Part shown: piece by piece, positions 1-8,971 of the stretch
Layout of the letters: each line of letters begins with the position of its first letter
Numbering within the stretch: position 1 is the first letter of the stretch
NCBI GenBank assembly: GCA_963774075.1
Contig: CAVZDP010000005.1
Location: 260,360-324,359 of the forward strand
Direction of reading: 5' to 3'
Origin: an uncultured Solirubrobacterales bacterium
GTDB lineage: Bacteria > Actinomycetota > Thermoleophilia > Solirubrobacterales > JBBDJG01
DNA length: 64,000 bases
Program-made: the position numbers and the translations under genes
The notes under the pieces: model-generated
What the model was told of the DNA's origin: nothing
The model's input: only the letters and a program-made list of their open reading frames with translations
Database searches by the model: none

Positions 1-849
1 GAAAATGAATGCCTGCAAGGTCGCGATCAGCAGCACCTCGAACAGGTAGAAGGCGATCGCGATCGGAAGCGTGAAGACTCCCAGCGCGGCGAGCCCGAGC
101 AGCACGACGAGCCCACCTCCCATGAAGAGGATCAGCAGGTGGCCGGCCAGCAGGTTGGCGAACAGTCGCACCGACAGCGAGATCACCCGGACGAAGTGTG
201 AGATGACTTCGATCAAGAAGATCGGCACCGCCGCCGGACCCGCGACGCCCGCGGGCACCCAGCTCTTGAGGTAGCCGAGGGGGCCTTTGGCTCGCACGCC
301 TTCGATGTGGTAGCTGAACCAGACGACCAGCGTCAACACGAGCGTCACCGAGATGTTGGCCGTCGCCGCGTAGAGCGCGAAGGCCGGGAACGCGACGCCG
401 AAGATGTCGACCTTGTGCTCGGTGTTCGTCGGCAACGGCAGGTAGCCGATCATGTTCGAGAACCAGATGAACAGGAAGAGCGTGCCGACGAAGGCAAACC
501 ACTTGGTCGCCATCCTGCGGTCCATGTTCGCGCCGGTGATGTTGTCGCGCATCAGCTCGTAGGCCGCCTCGACGGCGGTCTGCACGCGGTTCGGCCTGGC
601 CTCCATGCGGCGCGCGATCCACGTCAGGGTCCAGATCGTCGCGACGCAGGCAAGAAAGAGGTAGAGGACCGCCTTGTTGATGCTCATGTCGAGCGGTCCG
701 ATCTTGATCGAGACCCAGGGGTCGAGCTTGAACTCGTTCTGCGGCTGGTAGGTCTCGTTCTTGCCCTCGCTGCCGAAGATGACGCCGAGCACGATGGCGA
801 CGGCCAGCAGTCCGGCGAAGGCAAGCAGCAATTTCGCCCGCCGGCTCAC
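1..849 (-). CDS. atpB: F0F1 ATP synthase subunit a (partial, C-terminus outside window)
   Basis: Hand translation of the minus strand from GTG at 849 gives ...FLIEVISHFVRVISLSVRLFANLLAGHLLILFMGGG..., which contains the conserved Arg helix RLFxNxxAGH of subunit a. The product has multiple TM segments. The frame stays open to base 1, so the ORF track lacks it (no in-window stop). Confidence 0.9.
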   Translation of the reverse strand, partial: MSRRAKLLLAFAGLLAVAIVLGVIFGSEGKNETYQPQNEFKLDPWVSIKIGPLDMSINKAVLYLFLACVATIWTLTWIARRMEARPNRVQTAVEAAYELMRDNITGANMDRRMATKWFAFVGTLFLFIWFSNMIGYLPLPTNTEHKVDIFGVAFPAFALYAATANISVTLVLTLVVWFSYHIEGVRAKGPLGYLKSWVPAGVAGPAAVPIFLIEVISHFVRVISLSVRLFANLLAGHLLILFMGGGLVVLLGLAALGVFTLPIAIAFYLFEVLLIATLQAFIF

Positions 850-1217
850 GACGCCCCCGGCTTGTCGAGGGGACGCGTCAAGAGCTCCGTCGTGAAGTAG
901 ACGCTGAAAAGCGCCATCAGGAGGATCGCCGCAGCAAGACCGTTCTCGTCTCCCGCGCCAACGCCGACGGAGAAGATCGTGCCCGCGACGATCCAGCCGC
1001 GGGCGATCATGCCTCCGACGGTGAGCCCGACGATCGTGCGGGGATCCTCGGAGGTCGAGGCGCGCCGCTGGATGGCAACCTGGATCGCGCGCTGCGCGAG
1101 CCAAGCGCCCGCGGCGGCGGCGTAGCCGGCCATCGGGAGCCCCGCGAGCAGGAACAGGGGCAGGGCCAGCGCCAGCAGTACCAGGTCGAGCCACTTCAGC
1201 GCGGCCCACGGGTCCAC
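846..1217 (-). CDS. AtpI-like small membrane protein upstream of atpB
   Basis: Track ORF 846..1322 trimmed to the GTG at 1217, which is preceded by AAGGAG. The 123-aa product is hydrophobic (LDLVLLALALPLFLLAGLPMAGYAAAAGAWL...). Its stop overlaps the atpB start (GTGA). The call rests on position and size only; there is no diagnostic motif. Confidence 0.55.
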   Translation of the reverse strand: MDPWAALKWLDLVLLALALPLFLLAGLPMAGYAAAAGAWLAQRAIQVAIQRRASTSEDPRTIVGLTVGGMIARGWIVAGTIFSVGVGAGDENGLAAAILLMALFSVYFTTELLTRPLDKPGAS

Positions 1218-1221
1218 GGCC

Positions 1222-1398
1222 TCAGATCTCCTTAAACGTGCGGTAGACAAGCCAGAACCCCCCGACCACTCCGACTGCGCCGCCCGCCAGCGCGAGCGGC
1301 AGCGGCGCCCCCAACAGTGCACCGATTCCGAGTCCGGCGGCGGCGCACGTGACGATCGTGCCGATCAGAAGGGCCCCGGCCCCCGCGGGTCCCGTCAC
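1222..1398 (-). CDS. AtpZ/ATPase_gene1-like small hydrophobic protein
   Basis: This frame is not in the ORF track. Translation: VTGPAGAGALLIGTIVTCAAAGLGIGALLGAPLPLALAGGAVGVVGGFWLVYRTFKEI*, about two TM helices. It ends 4 nt before the AtpI-like start. The GTG start is uncertain. Confidence 0.4.
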   Translation of the reverse strand: MTGPAGAGALLIGTIVTCAAAGLGIGALLGAPLPLALAGGAVGVVGGFWLVYRTFKEI

Positions 1399-1652
1399 CG
1401 CCGTCTCGCTCGCTCGAGCTTGTCATGCTTTCTGGGTCTCTCATCTCTCGAATGACGCCTTGTCCGGCACTCACGCCGGATCGAGGCACTCCCTGATCCT
1501 TGCTGAACCGCGTCCGGCTTCAAGGCCCGCGTGAGCCTAACGGGACTTCCCTGACCCTGCCGGACGAGGACTTGGAGGGCCATTTCAGCGGTCCGATCGG
1601 CTTCCGCTCGAGTCCCTCTTCCTCGGTCGCTGTCCGTTGGTGCGACGCCCGC

Positions 1653-1692
1653 AGCATAGCGAAAAAATCGACTTTGTAACAACTTTGTAACA
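1653..1692 (-). promoter_or_regulatory. putative atp-operon promoter region with an 11-bp perfect tandem repeat
   Basis: This is the only AT-rich island in the 1399-1696 gap. The minus strand reads TGTTACAAAGT-TGTTACAAAGT-CGATTTTTTCGC-TATGCT. TATGCT (plus-strand 1653-1658) is -10-like, and TTGTTA/TTACAA hexamers lie 15-18 nt upstream. Confidence 0.4.
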
Positions 1693-1696
1693 GCGG

Positions 1697-2746
1697 CTAC
1701 CAGGAGGCCTTTCGGGCGGTTTTTTGCGTCAGCCAGCTGCCGATCGTGCGCGCCGCCGCGAAGGCCGACCATGCGACGGCCCCCACCGTCAGGGCGCTCC
1801 GCGACCGCCCGTCGGCCGTGAGCGAGCGCCCGTAGGAGGCAACCACGTCCTCGTCGACGCGGTAGGAGGCGAACGCCGTCAGCAGCGCCAAGCGGCCGGC
1901 GGGTCGGTCGCTTTCCGCGAGGCCCTCGAGCTGGTCCTCGAGCCAACCAAGCCCGAGGCCGGGGTCATCGCCGTCCCAGACCCGAAGGCGCTCGCTCACG
2001 CGCTCGCGGACGGACGGAGGCAGCGCCCTCGCACCGAGACGCTCGACGGCGCCGGAGAACCGCGCCCAGGCAGCGGCGATCGGCTCCGACCCACGCGCCC
2101 AGCCGAGGTCGTCCGGCAGCTCCGTGGCCGGAGCGAGGTCGAGCGTCTCGCCCGGCTCGGGGGCCACGGAGACGACTCCCTTGAAACGCCGCCCCGCGAC
2201 CCACAGCATTCCCGTCCTGAGGGCGCGGGCACCGGACGGGAACGGCGTCTCGTCGAGGAATACGTTGACGGGGCGGTTGATGTAGTGAAAGAGAACGGCA
2301 GTCCCGATCATCTCAGGAGCCTCGTCCTCGCCGAAGGGCGGCTCGCGCAGCTCCAGCGCCCCCCGTCGACGGGTCGCCGCGGCCCACCTGGCCGTTGCCT
2401 CGAGCGCTGGCGGCAGCCGGTCCAAGCGCCCTGCCTCGAGCGTCCGCGCCGTATCCAGCCCACCGAGCGCGCTCAGCATCGCTGCATGGGCGTCGACGCA
2501 GAAGGGACAGCGGTTCGCGGCCGAGACCGCCGTCGCCACGACCTCCTTGCGCTCGCGCTCGACCCGGCCGCGCGCGACGAGGTGCTCGCGGCAGAGGTTC
2601 CAGGCGCCGGCAAGCAGGTCCGCGTCGGGGGAATGGAGCGTGATGGGCTCGGCGTGGAGCCCGAACTCTCGCTGCAAGCGTTCGTACACCGTCGCGGTCG
2701 TCCCCGTGGCCGAGCGCCTGCTGACGGGCTCTATGTGGTTGATCAT
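1697..2746 (-). CDS. carboxymuconolactone decarboxylase / AhpD-like family protein
   Basis: MINHIEPVSRR... with the CxxC-type motif AANRCPFCVDAHAAML typical of CMD/AhpD domains. Track ORF trimmed to the ATG at 2746. Confidence 0.65.
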   Translation of the reverse strand: MINHIEPVSRRSATGTTATVYERLQREFGLHAEPITLHSPDADLLAGAWNLCREHLVARGRVERERKEVVATAVSAANRCPFCVDAHAAMLSALGGLDTARTLEAGRLDRLPPALEATARWAAATRRRGALELREPPFGEDEAPEMIGTAVLFHYINRPVNVFLDETPFPSGARALRTGMLWVAGRRFKGVVSVAPEPGETLDLAPATELPDDLGWARGSEPIAAAWARFSGAVERLGARALPPSVRERVSERLRVWDGDDPGLGLGWLEDQLEGLAESDRPAGRLALLTAFASYRVDEDVVASYGRSLTADGRSRSALTVGAVAWSAFAAARTIGSWLTQKTARKASW

Positions 2747-2817
2747 CCAGCGTCGCCTCCCGCAGCCGGGCATCGTCGCAGAAGCCGTGGCAGCGGCGCC
2801 CGATTACCCTCTCCAGC

Positions 2818-3513
2818 GTGGCTAGTTCATCGGTCCTCGTGACGGGTGGGACGGGGGCGCTCGGGAGCGCCGTCGTAGAAGCCCTGCTCGAAGCCGGCTG
2901 GCGCGTGGTCGTCACCTGGATCGCTCCGGCGGAGCGCGAGCGCATCGCCGAGAGAGAGGGTCTCGTCCTCGTGGAAGCGGACCTGTTCGACTCTGAGGCC
3001 GCAGCGCTCGCGGCGGCCGAGGCTTCCGCAGACACCGAGGCGCCGCTGCGGGCCGTCGCGAATCTCGTGGGGGGGTTCGACTCAGGCGCGCGTGTGCACG
3101 AGATGCCCATTGAGCGCTTCGAGCGCCAGCTCGAGCTCAACCTGCGCCCCACCTACCTCGTGACGCAGGCCGCCCTCCCGCACCTGATCGATGCCGGCGG
3201 GGGCTCGGTCGTATGCGTGTCGGCGCGCGCGGCGCTTCAGCCTTTCCCCGGCGCAGCCGGCTACGTGACCGCGAAGTCGGCGGTGCTCGGCTTCGTCAGC
3301 GCGGTAGCCACCGAGTATCGCGACGACGGCGTGCGCTGCAACGCGGTGCTGCCGAGCGTCATCGACACGCCGGCCAACCGTGCCTCGCAGCCGAACGCCA
3401 ACCACTCGAAGTGGGTTCCGCCCGCCGAGATTGCGGCGGTGATCAAGTTCCTGTGCTCCGACGACTCCCGCCCCACGAGCGGCGCCGCGATTCCGGTCTA
3501 CGGCCGGGCCTAG
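2818..3513 (+). CDS. short-chain dehydrogenase/reductase (SDR)
   Basis: N-terminal VLVTGGTGALGSAV (TGxxxGxG) and catalytic YVTAKSAV (YxxxK). GTG start. Confidence 0.85.
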   Translation: MASSSVLVTGGTGALGSAVVEALLEAGWRVVVTWIAPAERERIAEREGLVLVEADLFDSEAAALAAAEASADTEAPLRAVANLVGGFDSGARVHEMPIERFERQLELNLRPTYLVTQAALPHLIDAGGGSVVCVSARAALQPFPGAAGYVTAKSAVLGFVSAVATEYRDDGVRCNAVLPSVIDTPANRASQPNANHSKWVPPAEIAAVIKFLCSDDSRPTSGAAIPVYGRA

Positions 3514-3528
3514 GCCCAGGCGGTTCTG

Positions 3529-4545
3529 ATGCGGGTCTGGGTCGACCTCACGAACACCGCCCACGTGCTCGTGCTCCGGCCGCTGGTCGAGCTGCTCGAG
3601 CGTCAGGGCCACGAGGTGACCCTGACCGCGCGCCCGCTCTCGCACACGATCGAGCTGCTCGAGGACTGGGGTCACTCCCACATGGTGCTCGGCCGCCATG
3701 GGGGCGCCACGCGGTGGGGGAAGGCTCGTGCTGCGGCCGGCCGCGTTCCGCAACTGCTGCGCTTCGGGCGCGGGCGGCGCTTCGACTGCGCGCTTGCTCA
3801 CGGCTCCACCGATCTGCCGCCGGCCTGCCGGGTGCTCCGGATCTCGAACACGACGATGTTCGACTACGAGTGGGCCTCGCTCCAGCACCACGTCAACTGC
3901 AGGCTCGCGAGCCGCGTGCTGGTCCCAGATGCGATCCCGCCCGAGCGGCTGCGGCGCTACGGCGCGAAGCCTCCGAAGCTCGTGCGCTACGCCGGTCTCA
4001 AGGAGGAGTACTACATGTCCGACTTCGAGCCGGATGCGCGCGTGCTGGAGTCGCTCGGCGTGGACAGAGCCAGGCCGCTCTGTGTCGTCCGGACGGCGCC
4101 CTCCTATGCGCTCTACCTCCACGGCTCCGAGAACGCTCTGCTCACGCGGCTGCTCGAGCGGCTGAACTCCCACGAGAGCGCCCAGACCGTCGTGCTGACC
4201 CGCACCGCCCAGCAGAGGAACGCTCTCGCCGCGGCAGGGCTCGACCGCCTGATCGTGCCGGAGCGGGCTGTCGACGGGCGCAGCCTCGTCGCCTTCGCCG
4301 ACGCGCTGGTGTCAGCCGGCGGAACCATGAACCGCGAGGCGGCCGTGCTCGGCACGCCGGTGTGGTCGATCTTCGAGGGCAAGCCGGGGGCGATCGACGA
4401 GCTGCTGATGCGAGAGGGACGGCTCCGCGTGCTGCGCGACCCCGGCGACCTGGAGCTCGTGCGCAAGCCGGCCGACGCCTGGGAGCAGCGCGTCCGCCGC
4501 GATCCGGCCGACATGCTCGCACTCGCGCTACCTCTCGTTCGCTAG
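3529..4545 (+). CDS. DUF354 family protein (GT-B-like, glycan-biosynthesis associated)
   Basis: MRVWVDLTNTAHVLVLRPLVELLERQGHEVTLTAR... matches my memory of the DUF354 N-terminus (MKIWIDI.N.PHV..F.P.I.EL...GHEV). Its C-terminal stop overlaps the wecA stop. Confidence 0.6.
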   Translation: MRVWVDLTNTAHVLVLRPLVELLERQGHEVTLTARPLSHTIELLEDWGHSHMVLGRHGGATRWGKARAAAGRVPQLLRFGRGRRFDCALAHGSTDLPPACRVLRISNTTMFDYEWASLQHHVNCRLASRVLVPDAIPPERLRRYGAKPPKLVRYAGLKEEYYMSDFEPDARVLESLGVDRARPLCVVRTAPSYALYLHGSENALLTRLLERLNSHESAQTVVLTRTAQQRNALAAAGLDRLIVPERAVDGRSLVAFADALVSAGGTMNREAAVLGTPVWSIFEGKPGAIDELLMREGRLRVLRDPGDLELVRKPADAWEQRVRRDPADMLALALPLVR

Positions 4546-5714
4546 CGCTGGACCAAGATTTCCTCGACGGCCTCCTCGCCCTCGCTCCCGGGCTCGGCGG
4601 CGAAGCGCTTGAAGCCGAGCACTCGCAGGTGCCTGGCCTTGAGGATCTCGAGCGTGTAGACCATCCAGATCGACGCCGCCACGACGACCAAGCCGAAGGC
4701 GGATACGGCGAGCGTGTTCCCTAGGTCCCATTCGCCGCCCGGCCGCGGCGGCACGAAGCGCGCGAAGATCGCGAACGCCGACAAGAGGGCCGCCCATGCG
4801 TGCAGGTAGGCGGCGGTCCTTCGCTGCGAGAAGCCGATGCGCATGAAGCGGTGATAGAAGTGGTTGTGATCGGCGCCCCACGGCGCGCGGCGGTACTTGA
4901 GCCGCTTCAGCACCACGAACGAAGTGTCCAGGATCGGGATCGCCATCACGAGCAGCGGACCCGCGAGGGCGATCGTCGCAGCCGTCTTCAGCACGCCCTG
5001 CACGGCCATCGTCGCGAGCACGAACCCGAGTGCGAGCGCGCCGGTGTCGCCCATGAAGATCTTCGCCGGATGGTAGTTGTGCGGCAGGAACGCGAGCGTC
5101 GCCCCGCACACGATCGCGGCCAGCGCCGCCGCGTCCATGCGCCCGAATGACGCGGCGAGGATCGCGAACGAGCACGCCGCGATCGCGACGATGCCCGCGG
5201 CGAGCGCGTCCATGCCGTCGATCAGGTTCATGAGGTTGGCGATCGCGACGATCCAAAGCACCGTGAGCGGATAGGCCGTCCAGCCGAACTCGATGTTGCC
5301 GAGCAGCGGCAGGCCGATGCTTTCGAACGTGAGATCCCAACCCACGACGGGAATCAACGCGACGGCCACGACACCGAACATCTTGAGCTGCGGTGAGAGC
5401 CCCAGCACGTCGTCGGCGAACCCGACGGCCGCGATGCAGAGCATCCCGATCAGGATCCCCAGGTAGGGGCCGTCGCCCACCACCAGCACGGCCGCCGGCA
5501 CGGCGATGCCGGCGACGATGGCGAGTCCGCCGATGCGCGGCACGGGGTGCGAGTGCACGCGCGGGCGGTCGCTCGGCACGTCGAGTGCGCCGATCCGGTG
5601 GGCCAGCCGCACGATGGGCGGAGTCAGCAGCAGCACGATCGCGGCAGCCGCGAGAAAGCCCCAGACAACCGTGGCGTCCCCGATCAGTGCATCGAGGGAG
5701 TCCGGGAAGGACAT
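4542..5714 (-). CDS. wecA: polyprenyl-phosphate HexNAc-1-phosphate transferase (WecA/TagO family)
   Basis: About 11 TM segments, with motifs NLMNLIDGMDALAAG, KIFMGDTGALALGF and ADHNHFYHRF. It sits next to the atp operon, as rfe/wecA does in mycobacteria. Confidence 0.85.
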   Translation of the reverse strand: MSFPDSLDALIGDATVVWGFLAAAAIVLLLTPPIVRLAHRIGALDVPSDRPRVHSHPVPRIGGLAIVAGIAVPAAVLVVGDGPYLGILIGMLCIAAVGFADDVLGLSPQLKMFGVVAVALIPVVGWDLTFESIGLPLLGNIEFGWTAYPLTVLWIVAIANLMNLIDGMDALAAGIVAIAACSFAILAASFGRMDAAALAAIVCGATLAFLPHNYHPAKIFMGDTGALALGFVLATMAVQGVLKTAATIALAGPLLVMAIPILDTSFVVLKRLKYRRAPWGADHNHFYHRFMRIGFSQRRTAAYLHAWAALLSAFAIFARFVPPRPGGEWDLGNTLAVSAFGLVVVAASIWMVYTLEILKARHLRVLGFKRFAAEPGSEGEEAVEEILVQR

Positions 5715-5844
5715 GGTGCAAAGTGTCCCAGAGGGGGCCGCTGTCAGGCGGACCTCAGGACTTTAGGTGGAAGGTCCCACGCAGCCGAATATTCCGCCTG
5801 CCAAGCGGCCGGATCGCCTATTCCGGGACGGTGGGGACCCCTGC

Positions 5845-5850
5845 TAGCAT
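5845..5850 (+). promoter_or_regulatory. -10-like hexamer TAGCAT 8 nt upstream of a GTG start (possible leaderless transcript)
   Basis: TAGCAT fits TANNNT. Only 8 nt (cgcctcgc) and no Shine-Dalgarno lie before the GTG at 5859. Confidence 0.3.
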
Positions 5851-5858
5851 CGCCTCGC

Positions 5859-7172
5859 GTGAGTGGAGTTGTCTCTACGGCCGCGGTGGCCACGTTCGAC
5901 GAGCGGCTGGCAACGCGGGAGGCCAGGATCGGGATCGTCGGCCTCGGCTACGCGGGATTGCCGCTGGGGATGGCCTTCGCCGAGGCCGGTTTGAGCGTGA
6001 CCGGCATAGACATCGACGAGGGCCGCGTCAACGCAGTGCGCGAGCACCGCTCGTATCTGGTCGACGTCCCGGTCCACCGCTATGACGAGACCGACGGTCG
6101 CCTCGAGGCGACCACCGACTATGGCGAGGTCAGGGAGCTCGACGCGCTCACGATCTGCGTGCCGACGCCGCTCTCCAAGACGCGGACGCCCGACCTGTCA
6201 TACATAGTGGCCGCCGCCGAAGCCGTGGCGCAGAACCTGCGTCAGGGTCAGCTCGTGGTGCTCCAATCCACGACGCATCCGGGCACCACCGAGGAGGTCG
6301 TGCTGCCGATCCTGGAACGCTCGGGCGGGAAGGTGGGCACCGATTTCTTCCTCGGCTACGCGCCGGAGCGGGTCGATCCGGGCAACAAGGACTACACGAT
6401 CCGCACGACCCCGAAGCTGGTGTCCGGCGTGACGGAGGAGTGCCTGCGCCGCACGTCGCTCCTGTACGCCAACATCGTCGACACCGTCGTGCCATGCTCG
6501 AGCACCCGTGTCGCCGAGACGGCGAAGCTGCACGAGAACATCTTCCGCGCCGTCAACATCGCGCTCGTGAACGAGCTTGCCCTGATGTGCGACAAGCTGG
6601 GCATCTCGGCCTGGGAGGTGATCGACGCCGCCTCGACGAAGCCGTTCGGCTTCCTGCCGCACTATCCCGGCCCCGGGCTCGGCGGCGACTGCATACCGGT
6701 TGTGCCGCACTTCCTCGCCTGGCGCCTGAGAGAGTACGGCTACTCGGCGCAGCTCATCCAGACCGCCCACGAGATCAACGCGCAGATGCCTCGCTACGTG
6801 GTCCAGAAGGTCAGCGACGCGCTCAACGACTCGCACCTACCGATCAAGGGCTCGCGACTGCTGCTGCTCGGGATGGCATACAAGCCGGACGTGCACGACA
6901 TCCGCGAGTCGCCGAGCCTCGAGGTGCTGCGGCAGCTCGTCGCGCGCGGCGGAGACGTGCGCTATTGCGACCCGTGGGTGAGCGAGCTCGAGCTCGACGG
7001 CGTGCTGCACACGAGCACGGCGTGGAGCGCCGAGGAGATGCGCGCCGCGGACTGCGTGGTTCTGCTGACGGCGCACCGCCGCTTCGTCGAGCAGCCGCTC
7101 TGGGAGTACGCACGCCTGATCGTCGACACACGGAACGCGGTTCCCGGCGGCTCGAACGTTCGCCGCATCTAG
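5859..7172 (+). CDS. nucleotide-sugar 6-dehydrogenase (UDP-ManNAc/UDP-GlcNAc dehydrogenase type)
   Basis: ARIGIVGLGYAGLPLGMAFAEAG (Rossmann fold), ...VVLQSTTHPGTTEE..., GPGLGGDCIP (catalytic Cys), MAYKPDVHDIRESP. Track ORF trimmed to the GTG at 5859. Confidence 0.85.
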   Translation: MSGVVSTAAVATFDERLATREARIGIVGLGYAGLPLGMAFAEAGLSVTGIDIDEGRVNAVREHRSYLVDVPVHRYDETDGRLEATTDYGEVRELDALTICVPTPLSKTRTPDLSYIVAAAEAVAQNLRQGQLVVLQSTTHPGTTEEVVLPILERSGGKVGTDFFLGYAPERVDPGNKDYTIRTTPKLVSGVTEECLRRTSLLYANIVDTVVPCSSTRVAETAKLHENIFRAVNIALVNELALMCDKLGISAWEVIDAASTKPFGFLPHYPGPGLGGDCIPVVPHFLAWRLREYGYSAQLIQTAHEINAQMPRYVVQKVSDALNDSHLPIKGSRLLLLGMAYKPDVHDIRESPSLEVLRQLVARGGDVRYCDPWVSELELDGVLHTSTAWSAEEMRAADCVVLLTAHRRFVEQPLWEYARLIVDTRNAVPGGSNVRRI

Positions 7173-7223
7173 TCCACCGCAACCACGCGCGCAAGACGGT
7201 AGTCGCTAGGGTGCGGCCGGGCC

Positions 7224-8090
7224 ATGGCTGAGTCGAAGCTGATCCTCGGCGCCGGCTACATCGGCGCCGTGCTCGCGGACCTCGTGCTCGAGCGAGGCGA
7301 CGAGGTTACGCTGGCCGACAACTGGTACGCGACCGAGCGCGAGCAGCTGCGCGAGCTCGAGGAGCGCGGTGCCCGCGTAGAGACGGCCGACATCCGCGAG
7401 ACCGAAGCGCTCGAGAGGCTGCTGGCCTCGCGCCCCGACCGCGTCTACCTGCTTGCGGCCCAGGCGAGCCGTCCGCTCTCGGAGCGTGATCCCGAGTACA
7501 CGGAGGCGACGAATGTGGCCGGCGCCCGGCGCGTGGCCGAGGCCGTCGCCGCTGCGGGGGCGTCCGCACTCGTGTACGCCAGCTCGCTGAACGTCTACGG
7601 TCCCTCGCCGCAAGGCGAGGTTACGAGCGCATACCCCTACGGCGAGCAGCACGACCTCGCGCACCTCTCGAAGCTCTACGCCGAGCAGTCGCTGGCGATC
7701 GAGGCCCGCCGCTCGGGGTTCGACCTGGCGATCCTGCGCCTGGGCATCGTGTACGGGCCCAGCCCGGTCGAGCACTCGCGCCCCGAGTCGCAGACCGTCG
7801 TGGACAAGTTCCGGCGGCTCGCCACCCGCGACGAGCCGCTACACCTCGACGGCGGCGGGCGCGCAACCATCGGCGTGGTGCACGTCGCCGACGTCGCGCG
7901 CATCATGGTCGAGTCGCCTGCGGCACCCGGCGTTAGCGTCGAGAACGTCGCCGCCGAGACCGTCACGGTCGCCGACGTGGCCGCCCTCGCACGGGGCGAG
8001 GCCCCCTCCGGCTCGCCCGCCTGCCGCTTTGCGAGCCCGTTCCAGTACGAGCACCGCCTGGCCGGCTACCTCGCGAGCACGCGAGCTTGA
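7224..8090 (+). CDS. NAD-dependent epimerase/dehydratase family protein
   Basis: LILGAGYIGAVLADLVL (GxGxxG); extended-SDR layout with YPYGEQ...HLSKLYAEQ. Confidence 0.75.
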   Translation: MAESKLILGAGYIGAVLADLVLERGDEVTLADNWYATEREQLRELEERGARVETADIRETEALERLLASRPDRVYLLAAQASRPLSERDPEYTEATNVAGARRVAEAVAAAGASALVYASSLNVYGPSPQGEVTSAYPYGEQHDLAHLSKLYAEQSLAIEARRSGFDLAILRLGIVYGPSPVEHSRPESQTVVDKFRRLATRDEPLHLDGGGRATIGVVHVADVARIMVESPAAPGVSVENVAAETVTVADVAALARGEAPSGSPACRFASPFQYEHRLAGYLASTRA

Positions 8091-8971
8091 ACTTCCTCGT
8101 CACAGGGGCGACCGGCTTTCTCGGTTGGCGCACAGCGACGCTGCTGCGCGAGCGCGGGCACGAGGTCACCGCGCTTGCGAGACCCGGTCACGCGGCGAGA
8201 GCCGCGTCGGCCGAGCTCGACGCCGTCGAGCTCGACGCCGGAGCGCCGGCGGCGCGTGACCTCGTCGCCGGTCACGACGCGGTGCTCCACTTCGCCGGCG
8301 TGCCCGATCCGGCCGGCGCCCGAGCCGATCCCGCAAACGCGGTCCGCCAGAACGTCGGCACGACGGTCAACATGCTGGAGGGTTGTCGCGAGCACGGAGC
8401 CGGTCTCGTATATCCCTCGAGCGTGCGCGCCGCCGTGGAGCCGCCACCGGACCCGTACGCGCTCTCGAAGCGCCTGGCCGAGGACGCCTGCCGTCTCCAC
8501 GAGGCCCGCGCCACGGTTGTCAGGCTGACATCGGTCTTCGGCCCCGGGCAGGTCACCTGGGAGGGAGCGACTGGGGCGATCGCCGCCTTCGCGGCGCGCG
8601 CGCTCGAGGGAGAGCCGATCGTTATACCGGGCGACCCGAGCCGCTCGCGGGACTTCATATACGTGGACGACCTCGTCGGGGCGCTGGAGTCGATCGTGTC
8701 GGAAGGACGCTGGAACGAGAAGCTCACCCTCGCGAGCGGGGTCTCGACGTCTCTCTTGAGCGCCGCCGAGGTCGTGCGCTCGGCCGCAAGCTCGGGTTCC
8801 GCCGTGGTCACTCCCGGAGGGAATCTGCCGGCGGGCGAGAACGAGAGCTATGCGGCGGGCGCAGCGGCTCCGAGACTAGACTTTCCCGTCCGTCCGCTCG
8901 AGGAGGCCGTTCAACTTTATGTCGACTGGCTCAGCCGCCATCCCGCTGCTGAAGGCCGCGCCCGAGCCTGA
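8087..8971 (+). CDS. NAD-dependent epimerase/dehydratase family protein
   Basis: FLVTGATGFLGWRTATLL and PYALSKRLAE (YxxxK). The TTG start overlaps the upstream stop (TTGA). Confidence 0.8.
   Translation: MNFLVTGATGFLGWRTATLLRERGHEVTALARPGHAARAASAELDAVELDAGAPAARDLVAGHDAVLHFAGVPDPAGARADPANAVRQNVGTTVNMLEGCREHGAGLVYPSSVRAAVEPPPDPYALSKRLAEDACRLHEARATVVRLTSVFGPGQVTWEGATGAIAAFAARALEGEPIVIPGDPSRSRDFIYVDDLVGALESIVSEGRWNEKLTLASGVSTSLLSAAEVVRSAASSGSAVVTPGGNLPAGENESYAAGAAAPRLDFPVRPLEEAVQLYVDWLSRHPAAEGRARA

Noticed and set aside
1232-1489. 85-aa track ORF upstream of the AtpI-like gene.
   Set aside because: The Arg-rich product is implausible. The alternative frame over the same DNA encodes a two-TM hydrophobic peptide (1222..1398), which fits the atp-operon context better.
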